Positions 32,345 to 42,554 of a stretch of DNA of 64,000 nucleotides are shown here, in pieces. The translations under genes and the position numbers were made by a program. The stretch is taken from sequence record NC_019401.1; one strand, 5' to 3'. Position 1 is the stretch's first letter, and each line of letters opens with the position of its first letter. The notes beneath the pieces are model-generated. The model worked only from the letters and a program-made list of their open reading frames with translations, did no database searches and was not told the DNA's origin.

Positions 32345-32743
32345 ATGATTTCTTATACATTTTATACGATCAACACAGTAGTTGATATTGGTGATGGCAA
32401 AACACCACCTATAGTGAATAATGAATTCACTGGTGCAATGAATTTGTCTAGATTGGTTGAATGTGTAATGATGTTCGATAGACCTATGATGGTAAGTGTT
32501 GTTAGTACTGAAGTTGATTTGAGTAAGAATAACAATTCTGCATTTTACAATCTCCCTAGTATATGGGGAGAATGTACGGTCAGTACTTTTAAATTTGCAT
32601 TACCAATGGATGTTGAACTTAAAGTTAACGGTATTCCATTAGTACTTCCAACTGAAGTAAATGGTACTCGTTTGACCAAATTCAACAGTGTTACTTCAGA
32701 AAGAAACATTAGTATTACAAAGCAGACCTTTTCTCGTACATGA
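32345..32743 (+). CDS. Hypothetical protein, probably virion-associated
   Basis: ORF within late-type gene cluster. Confidence 0.6.
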   Translation: MISYTFYTINTVVDIGDGKTPPIVNNEFTGAMNLSRLVECVMMFDRPMMVSVVSTEVDLSKNNNSAFYNLPSIWGECTVSTFKFALPMDVELKVNGIPLVLPTEVNGTRLTKFNSVTSERNISITKQTFSRT

Positions 32744-32788
32744 TAAATATCTTCATGTACAGAAAAGGTTTTTCTTTTTGGAGATAAT

Positions 32789-33736
32789 ATGGATATACAA
32801 CAAACTGCACAAGAGTTGCAAAAATTTGCTGACGCTAACGGCTTACAGATGGATGTGAGTGCTGCACTAAGTGCTATGGATGCTGGTGATTTTGTCGAAA
32901 TTAACCAAGCAATTGATAATTCTGATAACCGCACTATCATGCAAGTACTTCAAAAGTATAAGGCACAAATGAGCGAGAATTATCATTTATTTTGCGGCAA
33001 TAAAATTAATGAATCCTATGGTGTTAACTTTATGAATTCATTAACACCAAAACAACTTTCTGAGTTTTTCAAACTACATTGTTCATTCGCCTTAACTGAG
33101 AACAGTCATTTAACTTTAGCAGAAATGAAAACTCTAGCGTATGACGTAGTTAATGAAAAAGCTCAACGTGGTGAACTGGATGAGGATTTAGCAAGTACTT
33201 TACGTGCTGGACAAATCAATAAGCAAGCCACAACCACACAACAAACACAAATTAATCCACAAACTGCACAAAAACTTAAACAAGCAGAATTACAGAAAAA
33301 TGCTAATAATGCTAATTTTAAAGTTACTGTGCCGGGGGATACTACCGGAACAAGTGAAATTGAGCCAGTAGTAGGTGTTGATGTTGGTCCAACAACTGAC
33401 CAAACATTAGTTGTAACTAAAGATACAAGTAAACCTAATCAACTAAGTGTATTTGGGTTAGGTGATGTGGAACCTGTAAAAGAAGCAGAATTTGAAGAAA
33501 ATGATTCTGAAGATGTTATGGCTCCACCAGATGTTCAACATCAAGAACAATCAGGTTCACCATTTACCCAAGAGAATCCAGGTTTAGGTGAGTTATCACG
33601 TGAAATTAGTAAAATTGAAGGTGATGAATACAGTTTAGATGGTGAAGAAAGTCCAGAAGGAAATGAAGCAATGAATAATGCTGACGAGATCTTATCTCAA
33701 ATCATTGACTTCTGTTCAAGAATGCGAGGAAAATAA
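32789..33736 (+). CDS. Hypothetical protein, probably head-associated
   Basis: ATAAATA at 32743; Gln/Thr-rich and acidic; INE-S site. Confidence 0.6.
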   Translation: MDIQQTAQELQKFADANGLQMDVSAALSAMDAGDFVEINQAIDNSDNRTIMQVLQKYKAQMSENYHLFCGNKINESYGVNFMNSLTPKQLSEFFKLHCSFALTENSHLTLAEMKTLAYDVVNEKAQRGELDEDLASTLRAGQINKQATTTQQTQINPQTAQKLKQAELQKNANNANFKVTVPGDTTGTSEIEPVVGVDVGPTTDQTLVVTKDTSKPNQLSVFGLGDVEPVKEAEFEENDSEDVMAPPDVQHQEQSGSPFTQENPGLGELSREISKIEGDEYSLDGEESPEGNEAMNNADEILSQIIDFCSRMRGK

Positions 33737-33954
33737 TGAGATCGGTAGATACTAATAAAGGCTATAGCGTTATCGTATCTAATGAAGAATACCGTCTTAT
33801 TAAAAAGGTTGATGCAAATATTCGTGTACCAGTAGATTCATTGGACGAATACTACCAAGAGTTGGGTGAAAAACTATATTCTCGTGGAGTATTAAATAAA
33901 GTAGAAAATAATGGAACCGAATATTTTGTATCAATGAAAAGGAGTAAGCAATGA
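33736..33954 (+). CDS. Hypothetical protein
   Basis: Coupled ORF. Confidence 0.65.
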   Translation: MRSVDTNKGYSVIVSNEEYRLIKKVDANIRVPVDSLDEYYQELGEKLYSRGVLNKVENNGTEYFVSMKRSKQ

Positions 33955-34754
33955 GTGATGATTTCGGAGAATATGAACAACGCAAACAAGGCGTTGATAT
34001 GATGGCTGATATTATGTCAGCATTTGATGATATTGAAGAAGGACGTGCGGTTACTAAGAAATTACCAGACGGTAGTACTTTTACTAACGATTTCGCTCAA
34101 GTTAATCTAGCTGAAACTAAAAACCTTTTACATGCACTCCATGAAGTAACTGGAGAGTACGGAACACTTCTTCAAGAAGATACTGCTTATTATGATCAGG
34201 GTGGTTACATGGATGATAATTCCGACTTGGATAGCATCTATGGTTATTATGAACCACAGGAAGGTGAGAACTTTATTCCTGATCAGCGTGTTACCATGCG
34301 TAAGGTACAGCAGCAACCACAACAAACACAACGACCACAGGCTCAACCAGATAGACCTTATGTTCCAGGAATGAACTGGACAATCGTTGAAGAATCCGTT
34401 TTAGGTATGAAAAATGCTATTATGTATAGCATTAAGTGTAATGCAACAAATCAAGTAGTACTGAATAATATTATGATGTATGAATCAGCATTAGCATTAC
34501 GTAATATTTTAAATTCTGGTAAAACCTTAACTGATCCTAAAATACTTGGGATTATTAGTTCTGGTATCCAATACACGAATGTTGTTCAACAAGCGATTTC
34601 TGCTGCAAGAGAAAGACAAAGTGTTCTTAAAGAATCTCGTTATGATAAAGCACAAGAACTCGATGGTGTTATTGCTGAACATAAAAAGAAAGCAAAGGAA
34701 CTTAAAGATCGTGTACTAAACTTCTTAGAAGAAGAAGGATTCTTAACTAAATAA
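33951..34754 (+). CDS. Hypothetical protein
   Basis: Coupled ORF with Gln-rich linker. Confidence 0.7.
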   Translation: MSDDFGEYEQRKQGVDMMADIMSAFDDIEEGRAVTKKLPDGSTFTNDFAQVNLAETKNLLHALHEVTGEYGTLLQEDTAYYDQGGYMDDNSDLDSIYGYYEPQEGENFIPDQRVTMRKVQQQPQQTQRPQAQPDRPYVPGMNWTIVEESVLGMKNAIMYSIKCNATNQVVLNNIMMYESALALRNILNSGKTLTDPKILGIISSGIQYTNVVQQAISAARERQSVLKESRYDKAQELDGVIAEHKKKAKELKDRVLNFLEEEGFLTK

Positions 34755-34786
34755 GGATATAAATTTCATTTATAAGGAAATAAACA

Positions 34787-35434
34787 ATGTCAAAACAATT
34801 TTCAAAAATGATGGAATCCAAGAGCCGTGTAGAAGCTTTGAATTTGATTCAACTAACTGAATCAAACATTGAAAAAGCTGAAATCGTTCTAGCAGTTAAG
34901 GGTGAAATCGTAGATAAACTTCAACGTCAAGCTGAAGTAATTAACAACATGGGTGTGGACGTACTAGGCCCACTACTTGATCGTATTAAAGCTGAACATG
35001 GTGTTGAAGCCGCAGAAAGCTTCCGTAATAACATCAGTGGTCTTCTTGATCATGCTGTAAAAACTATTATGGACGTAAAAGATAAAATCAGTACTGAAAC
35101 TCTAAAACTAACTGGTGATATTACAAGTTCTCCTGATGTTTCTGATTTAGGTTCAGATGCTGGCTTTGATGACGTATCTCTAGATGTTGATACACCAGAA
35201 GGTGATTTTGATTTCGAAGACGATGCAGATTTAGGTGATGATGTAGCACTTCCAGAACCTACACCTATGGATCGCGAAATGAAAGAATCCGTAAAACCTA
35301 AACGTGTTGGTATTCAATTGGAAAGCGTTAAAGGTACTGTAGGTACTAAGTATTTCGATTCCAAGTCAGAAATGCAACAATGGCTAACTGAAAACGAGAA
35401 AAAAATCGCTAAGGTTATCCGTATCATCAAATAA
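34787..35434 (+). CDS. Hypothetical protein, possibly prohead core component
   Basis: Helical N-half, acidic linker, several xxE-S sites (MME-S, LTE-S, MKE-S, QLE-S). Confidence 0.55.
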   Translation: MSKQFSKMMESKSRVEALNLIQLTESNIEKAEIVLAVKGEIVDKLQRQAEVINNMGVDVLGPLLDRIKAEHGVEAAESFRNNISGLLDHAVKTIMDVKDKISTETLKLTGDITSSPDVSDLGSDAGFDDVSLDVDTPEGDFDFEDDADLGDDVALPEPTPMDREMKESVKPKRVGIQLESVKGTVGTKYFDSKSEMQQWLTENEKKIAKVIRIIK

Positions 35435-35445
35435 CTGGAGGTACT

Positions 35446-35781
35446 ATGAGGTTTAGTCAAATAACCGAAGATGCACCAGGAAAAGACATTCGTAACATGA
35501 TTAGTACTATTGCACTATCTTTAATTGCCACAGGCAGGGAAGAAGTTAGTGTTCAATCATTAATTAATGAAATTAAAAAACGTACTAATATCGATGTTCC
35601 GTATAATGTGATGATGGACATTTTAAACGAGTTGCCATTTGTTCAGGATGCAAATTCTGACATTGTAACCCTTCAAGGTACTGATACTTCACCTGGTGGA
35701 GAGAACGTAGAATCTTCTGAAGAACAAGTTAGCGATATGGCAACTAAAGCAGCAGCAAATAATTTAAAGCAAGATATTTGA
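35446..35781 (+). CDS. Hypothetical protein, probably head-associated
   Basis: Leader MRFSQITE. Confidence 0.6.
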   Translation: MRFSQITEDAPGKDIRNMISTIALSLIATGREEVSVQSLINEIKKRTNIDVPYNVMMDILNELPFVQDANSDIVTLQGTDTSPGGENVESSEEQVSDMATKAAANNLKQDI

Positions 35782-35807
35782 AACAATAAAAAAACATGTG
35801 CTATAAT
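35779..35807 (+). promoter_or_regulatory. Conserved phage promoter TGAAAC-N17-TATAAT
   Basis: TGAAACAATAAAAAAACATGTGCTATAAT. Confidence 0.85.
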
Positions 35808-35820
35808 ATAGGAGTACAGG

Positions 35821-36522
35821 ATGTACATTCCACCTATCGTTAATAAGTACACGTATGCTGGTTATGAACGAATCGAAGGCGGCCCAGAAGGTCGCCTTTA
35901 TTCTACCCCAAGCGGTAACCTACCATCCGTGACTACAATACTAAGTGCCACTTCTGATGATGAAGGATTGAAGAAATGGCGAGCAGCAGTTGGTGAAGCA
36001 AAAGCTAAAGAGATAACATTAGAAGCAACTACAGTCGGAACGTTCATGCATGAAAATTTAGAACGTCGATTGGTCGGAGATCCAGACCATAAAGGTGGAA
36101 TGCCAATAAGAGTACTGGCACGAAACATGGCAGACTGTATTCAAGTTAATGCATGGCCTCAAATCAATGAAGTATGGGGTCAAGAAGTTCCTTTATTTTA
36201 TGAAGGTCTTTGGGCTGGAACAACTGACTTAGTAGGTATGCATAATGGTATCCCTAGTATAATGGACTATAAAAACTCCCGTAAACCCAAAACTTGGGAA
36301 TACATCGAAAATTACCGTCTTCAAATCGCAGCATACGCCTTAGCACATAATCAAATGTACGGCACGGATATTAAACGTGGCGTTATTTTTATTTGCGTTC
36401 GTAAAGACCCTGAAAATCTTGAATATCAAGAATTTGTTATTGAGGGTAAAGATTTTGATGACGCAATTGAAATGTGGATTGCAAGAGTAGAACAGTATTA
36501 TACTCAACGTGGAGATATGTAA
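35821..36522 (+). CDS. PD-(D/E)xK exonuclease (Cas4/RecB-like)
   Basis: PSVTTIL, GTFMH, AGTTDLVG, IMDYKNS, QIAAY. Confidence 0.88.
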   Translation: MYIPPIVNKYTYAGYERIEGGPEGRLYSTPSGNLPSVTTILSATSDDEGLKKWRAAVGEAKAKEITLEATTVGTFMHENLERRLVGDPDHKGGMPIRVLARNMADCIQVNAWPQINEVWGQEVPLFYEGLWAGTTDLVGMHNGIPSIMDYKNSRKPKTWEYIENYRLQIAAYALAHNQMYGTDIKRGVIFICVRKDPENLEYQEFVIEGKDFDDAIEMWIARVEQYYTQRGDM

Positions 36523-36525
36523 AAA

Positions 36526-37077
36526 ATGGGAACAAGAGCAATGAAACAAGATTTATTCGCAATTAAAGCAGTACAAGCAAAAGGCTATGACATTCAAGAG
36601 CTAATTAAACTTGATGATTCAGAACTTGATGCACTACCGTTGCCAGTAAAACTAATTCAGGCAGTAAAAGAATATAAACTACGTGGTGGTAAGACTTCTT
36701 CACAAATCGCAGAAGAAATCGCACAAATCATGGTAGAAGAATCACCAGTACTTGAAAACACTACTGTTGATGTTGCGGCAGCACAATATAAAACAAATAC
36801 TGAAGAACAACAAGCAATCATTGAAGAAATTCAAAGTACTGTTGTTATTCCAGAAGATGAAGTAGAAATCATCCGTACTGAAAGTGCACAAGAAGATGTT
36901 GATATTATCACACAAGCACTTCAGGAAAAAGAATTTAAATCTTTTGCACCATTTCTAAAACATCTAAAGAGTGCAGTACCTGCACAAATTCTTTCAGCAG
37001 TTGATGGTACAAAAGTAAATGAGCTAATTGAAAAGCGTATTGCTGAAGTAAAAGCTCAGAGCGAAAGCACTAAATAA
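36526..37077 (+). CDS. Hypothetical protein
   Basis: ORF, acidic helical. Confidence 0.7.
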   Translation: MGTRAMKQDLFAIKAVQAKGYDIQELIKLDDSELDALPLPVKLIQAVKEYKLRGGKTSSQIAEEIAQIMVEESPVLENTTVDVAAAQYKTNTEEQQAIIEEIQSTVVIPEDEVEIIRTESAQEDVDIITQALQEKEFKSFAPFLKHLKSAVPAQILSAVDGTKVNELIEKRIAEVKAQSESTK

Positions 37078-37105
37078 TTCTATACTTTAATAGGAGATTT
37101 TAGTT

Positions 37106-37684
37106 ATGGCTCAGAAAGAAATTGCATTGATGCAAGTTCGAATGGGTAAACAACGTGACTTACCACTAGCTCTAGAAAAAGGTCAAATCGGATTCAGTAC
37201 TGATGTAGGTCGTGTTTTTATTGGCCTACCAAGTACGTCTGAACCTGCATCTATTGTTGCTGGTAGAACATGGGATAACGCCCCAAATTCTGGTAAAGAA
37301 AATGTGGAAGTTATTACTGAGTTTACACCTTGGGAAATCATCAACAAACTTGTTAACAAACCTTATAAAATAATTGTTCCTGCAAATGGTACAGCTACAC
37401 TTAATATTCAAAGTACACCACGTGTTTTCTTGGAATATATCGGATACAGTAATACCAATGGTAGTACTTTACTTGAATCGGGTGCAGTTCAGTTGGTTGT
37501 TAATAATGGTACAGTTTTACTATCACAGCAAAACAACACAAATAAATCAGATGGTATTGCGGTTATTGAATATCAAGACCCAGCATTTGATACAGGAACA
37601 CAGAGAATGGCTATTACTATTACAAACAGTAGTGCTCAAGCTTTCACTGTTGAATTCATACTTCGCGGGTGGGATGCATTTTAA
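37106..37684 (+). CDS. Probable virion protein with fibre/Mtd-type N-terminal motif
   Basis: MQVRMGKQRDLPLALEKGQIGFSTDVGRVFIG pattern. Confidence 0.6.
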   Translation: MAQKEIALMQVRMGKQRDLPLALEKGQIGFSTDVGRVFIGLPSTSEPASIVAGRTWDNAPNSGKENVEVITEFTPWEIINKLVNKPYKIIVPANGTATLNIQSTPRVFLEYIGYSNTNGSTLLESGAVQLVVNNGTVLLSQQNNTNKSDGIAVIEYQDPAFDTGTQRMAITITNSSAQAFTVEFILRGWDAF

Positions 37685-37755
37685 GGCACCCGCCTTTTTT
37701 CGCCCCTTATAAATATAAAACTACAATTTTTAAGAAACAAAAACAAGGATGTACG

Positions 37756-40089
37756 ATGATTAACGTTACTAAACGTAATGGTGCAAAGGAAGCACTTGAC
37801 CTAGATAAAATACACCAGATTTTATTTTTTGCGTGTGAAGGTTTAACTGGCGTATCAGTTTCAGAAATTGAAATGCGTTCTCAACTTCAATTCTTTGAAG
37901 GTATCAGTACTAAAACCATTCATGACATTCTAATCAAAGCCGCTTCGGAACTAATTTCTGAAGAAACTCCTAATTACCAATACGTTGCTGGTAGACTAAT
38001 TAACTATTCTCTACGTAAGCAAGTATATGGAAGTTATGAGCCAATCAAATTCATTGACCATGTGAACAAAGTAGTTCAACAAGGAAAGTACGACCCGGAA
38101 GTACTTGAAAAATATACTACGCAGGAACTTGAAGAACTTGGTCGATACATCAAACATAAACGTGACGATAAATTCACTTTCGTTGCTATGAAGCAATGGG
38201 AAGGTAAGTACTTAGTACAAAACCGTGCCAATGCTAAAAAAGGAATCGAAGGTAAAATCTTTGAAACTCCACAAATGGCATATATGATGATTGCAGCAAT
38301 TGTATTCATCAATTATAAAGAAAATCGTATTCAATGGGTCAAGAAGTTCTATGATGCAATCAGTAACTTCGATATTAGTCTTCCAACTCCAATTATGGCT
38401 GGACTACGTACTAACACTCGCCAATTTAGTTCTTGCGTAGTTATGAACGTTGGTGATAGTCTAGACAGCATTAGTGCTGGTAACAGTGCTATAATGCAGT
38501 ATATTTCTAAGAAAGCCGGTTTGGGAGTCAACTATGGTCGTGTCCGTGCAGTTGGTTCAGAAATTCGTGGTGGTGATGCTGTTCATACTGGATTGATTCC
38601 ATTCCTACACGCAGTTGCTAAAACTGTTAAATCTTGTTCTCAAGGTGGTGTGCGTGGTGGTGCAGCAACAGTCCACTTCCCATTGTGGCATTACGAGTTT
38701 GAAGATCTTGTAGTACTAAAGAATAACAAAGGTACAGAAGTATCTCGTGTTCGTCAGTTGGATTATTGTTTCCAAATTAATAAAACTTTCTATCAACGCT
38801 TGATTGAACGTAAAGATATTACTTTCTTCTCTCCAAGTGATGTTCCTGGTTTGTATGATGCATTCTGTGCAGACCAAGAAAAATTTGAAAAGCTATACAC
38901 TAAGTATGAAGCTGATCCAAATATTCGTAAGAAAACTATGCCAGCACTAGAAGTGTTCTCTCAACTAATGAATGAACGTTCTGAAACTGGACGTATCTAT
39001 ATCCAGAATATTGACTTAGTTAACGAACACTCACCATTTGATCCTTCAGTAGCTCCGATTGAACAAAGTAATCTATGTCAAGAAATCGCACTACCTTCTG
39101 TGCCATTCGAAGACGTAAAAGATGATGAAAATGGTTTAATCAGTCTCTGTACTTTAGCAGCAATTAATTGGGGTAATTTCGATTCTCCAGAAGAAATGCA
39201 AGAAGCGTGTGAGTTATCAGTACGTGCATTAGATGCATTACTAGACTATCAGGAATACCCTGTAATCCACGCAGAACGAGCTACAAAGGCGTATCGCCCA
39301 CTAGGGGTAGGTATCATCAACTTAGCTTACTTCTTAGCTAAACGTGGTTTACGCTACGATGATGGAGCATTGGCAACTATCAACGAGTGGTCAGAAGCAT
39401 GGTCTTATTATTTGATTAAAGCATCAGTACAACTTGCTAAAGAGCAAGGCCGCTGCGAAAAATTTGAAAATCTACGCTATGCGAAAGGTATTCTTCCAAT
39501 CGATAACTACAAGAAAAGTATTGATTCACTAGTCGGTACTGAATTGAAAATGGATTGGGAAGGTCTACGTGCTGAAATTGCAGAACACGGTATTCGAAAT
39601 GCTACAACAATGGCATTAATGCCAGCGGAAACATCTGCACAGATTAGTAACAGTACTAACGGTATTGAACCACCACGTAACCTAGTTTCAATGAAAATTT
39701 CTAAAGATGGTGTGTTGAAGCAAGTTGTTCCAGAAATTGGTAAACTTAAAAACAAATATACATTACTTTGGGAACAAACAAGCAACGAAGGTTATTTGAA
39801 AATATGTGGAGTACTTCAAAAGTATATCGACCAGAGTATAAGTGTCAATACCAGCTATAATCCTGAAAATTATCCTAACAAGAAATTGTCTATGGAAATG
39901 CTTCTTACTGATTTGTTACTTGCTTATAAGTTGGGTTGCAAGAATCTTTACTACATGAACACAAATGATGGTTCAGGTGAAGTAGATATAGATAAACTTG
40001 AATCTGAATCTAAGAAAGAAAAAGGTATTGTAGTACTTCTTCCTCCAATGGAAGCAGATGGCGATGATTGCGATAGTTGTAAGATTTAA
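37756..40089 (+). CDS. nrdA: Class Ia ribonucleotide reductase alpha subunit
   Basis: ATP cone VTKRNG; PTPIM, FSSC, QSNLCQEI, LCTL, PAETS, LYY. Confidence 0.97.
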   Translation: MINVTKRNGAKEALDLDKIHQILFFACEGLTGVSVSEIEMRSQLQFFEGISTKTIHDILIKAASELISEETPNYQYVAGRLINYSLRKQVYGSYEPIKFIDHVNKVVQQGKYDPEVLEKYTTQELEELGRYIKHKRDDKFTFVAMKQWEGKYLVQNRANAKKGIEGKIFETPQMAYMMIAAIVFINYKENRIQWVKKFYDAISNFDISLPTPIMAGLRTNTRQFSSCVVMNVGDSLDSISAGNSAIMQYISKKAGLGVNYGRVRAVGSEIRGGDAVHTGLIPFLHAVAKTVKSCSQGGVRGGAATVHFPLWHYEFEDLVVLKNNKGTEVSRVRQLDYCFQINKTFYQRLIERKDITFFSPSDVPGLYDAFCADQEKFEKLYTKYEADPNIRKKTMPALEVFSQLMNERSETGRIYIQNIDLVNEHSPFDPSVAPIEQSNLCQEIALPSVPFEDVKDDENGLISLCTLAAINWGNFDSPEEMQEACELSVRALDALLDYQEYPVIHAERATKAYRPLGVGIINLAYFLAKRGLRYDDGALATINEWSEAWSYYLIKASVQLAKEQGRCEKFENLRYAKGILPIDNYKKSIDSLVGTELKMDWEGLRAEIAEHGIRNATTMALMPAETSAQISNSTNGIEPPRNLVSMKISKDGVLKQVVPEIGKLKNKYTLLWEQTSNEGYLKICGVLQKYIDQSISVNTSYNPENYPNKKLSMEMLLTDLLLAYKLGCKNLYYMNTNDGSGEVDIDKLESESKKEKGIVVLLPPMEADGDDCDSCKI

Positions 40090-40096
40090 AAAAATC

Positions 40097-40125
40097 GAAT
40101 CCCGTTGAAAGACGGGATTCTTATT
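40097..40125 (+). terminator. Hairpin after nrdA
   Basis: GAATCCCGT-TGAAAG-ACGGGATTC then TTATTTT. Confidence 0.7.
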
Positions 40126-40146
40126 TTAATAAAACATGGATGTTTT

Positions 40147-40884
40147 ATGACATTATCAAGGAATGAAGTAATTTCAAGATTTATTGAAAAGCATGGAGAA
40201 CTATACAATTATAATGATTTTGTTTATAATGGAATGAGAACTAAATCAAAAATAAATTGTATATTGCATGGTGATTTTTTACAAGCACCCCACGCACATA
40301 TTAGAGGTCAGGGTTGCCCTAAATGCGGTACTATTAAAAATCATAAAAATAAATCGTCTTCAACGCAAGAACAAAGAAAAAGAAATTTTATAACAAAATC
40401 TAATATAGTACACAATGATAAGTACTGTTACGAAGAAGTAATTTATAAGACACGCAACGATTATGTAAAAATATATTGTCCTGATTGTCAAAAATACTTT
40501 TTACAAAAACCTAAAATTCATATAGAAGGAAAAGGTTGTAATTTGTGCCATAAGCATGGTTATAATAACAATATTAATGGTCATTTTTACATTCACAAAA
40601 TTACATATTTAAATGATATAATAGCATATAAGTTTGGTATTACAAATAAATCAGTATTACAACGTTTAAAACAGATAAACGCATCTAGTAAGTATGAGCA
40701 TGATATTATATTTCAATTTAATGATACTGGTCAAAATATTAGAAATTTGGAAACTTATATATTAAAAAATATTGATCATCAATTTCTGACAAAATCTGAA
40801 CTTTATGATGGCTACACTGAAACTATATGTCCATCCAATTTGGAATTGTTAGAGAATCTTATAATAAATTTTATTACAAATTAA
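40147..40884 (+). mobile_element. Free-standing putative homing endonuclease between nrdA and nrdB (CxxHG repeats + GIY-YIG/T5orf172-like domain)
   Basis: CILHGDF...HIRGQGCPKC; C-terminal FYIHKI...YKFGITN...QRLKQI; very AT-rich. Confidence 0.7.
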
Positions 40885-40896
40885 AAAGGAACAACT

Positions 40897-42021
40897 ATGT
40901 CTGTATTTCAAGTCAATAGTAAAACACATTTAGAAAAAAATATGTTTTTTGATGAATCGGTAGATATTCAACGATTTGAAACATTAAAATATCCAGCATT
41001 AGAAAAGCTCACTGAATCTCAAAAAAGTTTCTTCTGGACACCTGATGAGGTAGATTTATCTAAAGACCGAATAGATTTTAAATCACTTACCGATCACGAG
41101 AAGCACATATTTACTTCCAATCTAAAACGGCAAATTTTATTAGATTCTGTTCAAGGTAGGGGTCCAAATTTAGTACTGTTGCCATATGCATCATTACCAG
41201 AACTTGAAAATTTTATTGAAACATGGTCATTTTTTGAAGGTTCTATACATAGTAAATCATATACACATATTATTCGAAATATATATCCAAACCCAAGTGA
41301 AGTTTTTGATACTATGTTGGATATTCCAGAAATTACATCATGTGCAACTGATATTTCAAAATATTATGATGATTTAGATAACTATGGAACTTATTATAAG
41401 TTATTGGGTGAAGGCACTCACACCGTTAATGGTGAAAAAATTGTTGTTGATATGTATGAGCTAAAGAAAAAACTATGGCTATGTATTAACAGTATTAATA
41501 TTCTAGAAGGTATTCGTTTTTATGTTTCATTTGCGTGTTCCTGGGCATACGCCGAGAACAATCAACTTGAGGGGAATGCTAAAATAATTAGATTGATTTG
41601 TAGGGATGAGAATTTGCATTTAGCAGCAACTCAAATGATGCTACGATTATTAAAAAAAGAAGATCCAGATTTTGCTAAAATTGCAGAAGAATGTCATGAA
41701 GAAGTGCAACAGATGTTCATGGATGCAATCAAGCAAGAAGAAGAATGGGCTGACTATCTATTCAAAGATGGTTCCATCATTGGTCTAAATGCTACGATTC
41801 TAAAACAATACGTTCGTTGGATTGGTTGTAAACGTATGAGTGCAGTAGGCATCAAATGTCCTTACAGTATCAGCCAAAACAATCCTCTACCGTGGACTGT
41901 AAGTTGGATTGCAAGTGCAGACGTTCAGGTTGCACCACAAGAAACTGAAATCAGTTCTTACCTAATTGGTGGCGTCGAGAACGATGTTTCTGAACAATCA
42001 TTTACGGGTTTTGAACTTTAA
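40897..42021 (+). CDS. nrdB: Class Ia ribonucleotide reductase beta subunit
   Basis: FFWTPDEV, LLDSVQGR, IHSKSY, LEGIRFY, RDENLH, VAPQETE. Confidence 0.97.
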   Translation: MSVFQVNSKTHLEKNMFFDESVDIQRFETLKYPALEKLTESQKSFFWTPDEVDLSKDRIDFKSLTDHEKHIFTSNLKRQILLDSVQGRGPNLVLLPYASLPELENFIETWSFFEGSIHSKSYTHIIRNIYPNPSEVFDTMLDIPEITSCATDISKYYDDLDNYGTYYKLLGEGTHTVNGEKIVVDMYELKKKLWLCINSINILEGIRFYVSFACSWAYAENNQLEGNAKIIRLICRDENLHLAATQMMLRLLKKEDPDFAKIAEECHEEVQQMFMDAIKQEEEWADYLFKDGSIIGLNATILKQYVRWIGCKRMSAVGIKCPYSISQNNPLPWTVSWIASADVQVAPQETEISSYLIGGVENDVSEQSFTGFEL

Positions 42022-42027
42022 TATCAT

Positions 42028-42049
42028 AGGAGGCGTTGCCTCCTTTTTT
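42028..42049 (+). terminator. Rho-independent terminator
   Basis: AGGAGGC-GTT-GCCTCCT followed by T5. Confidence 0.85.
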
Positions 42050-42060
42050 GTAGAATATAT

Positions 42061-42267
42061 ATGAACAACAATTTAAAAGAAATTTTTACATTTGACGCTA
42101 GGTTTCTATATCAAATAGTACTAGTAAACGGTGCAGTGATAGAAGGTCAAGTTATTGATGTTTTTGTTGATGGCATTATGATGAATGGATTACAACACAT
42201 ACCTACTGATAAAATACTATATTTTATTCCATTAAAAATGATACAAGATTATGAAACACCAGAATAA
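42061..42267 (+). CDS. Small protein with possible Sm/Hfq-like fold
   Basis: IVLVNGAVIEGQV resembles Hfq [13 protein letters not shown]. Confidence 0.45.
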   Translation: MNNNLKEIFTFDARFLYQIVLVNGAVIEGQVIDVFVDGIMMNGLQHIPTDKILYFIPLKMIQDYETPE

Positions 42268-42280
42268 AATATGGTATAAT
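42252..42280 (+). promoter_or_regulatory. Conserved phage promoter TGAAAC-N17-TATAAT
   Basis: TGAAACACCAGAATAAAATATGGTATAAT. Confidence 0.85.
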
Positions 42281-42309
42281 GTATTTGTTAATAAAATAAG
42301 GAATAGTAA

Positions 42310-42543
42310 ATGGATAACAACGAACTAAACAACATGGTAGAAAAAAGCATTGAAGCAGCGGAAGATGTAACTGGATACGAAATGACTGAAGCGGATCTAG
42401 AGTATACCCGTCAAATGATTGCTCGGCTATCAAACTACTATATGAAAAAAGATGCTGATAAAGCTGAAAAACGCAAAATCAAAGCTAAGCGTCGTGCAGC
42501 TAACAAAGTAGCTCGTAAGTCACGTCGCACCAACCGTAAGTAA
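42310..42543 (+). CDS. Hypothetical protein with very basic C-terminus
   Basis: KRKIKAKRRAANKVARKSRRTNRK. Confidence 0.7.
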   Translation: MDNNELNNMVEKSIEAAEDVTGYEMTEADLEYTRQMIARLSNYYMKKDADKAEKRKIKAKRRAANKVARKSRRTNRK

Positions 42544-42554
42544 TAGGAAGCATT

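Noticed and set aside
35821-36522. Cas4-like nuclease suggesting a CRISPR system
   Set aside because: No repeat-spacer array or other cas genes in the window; standalone PD-(D/E)xK exonucleases are common in phages
37756-42021. Group I intron or intein in nrdA/nrdB
   Set aside because: Both ORFs are continuous and of normal length; the endonuclease is free-standing between them
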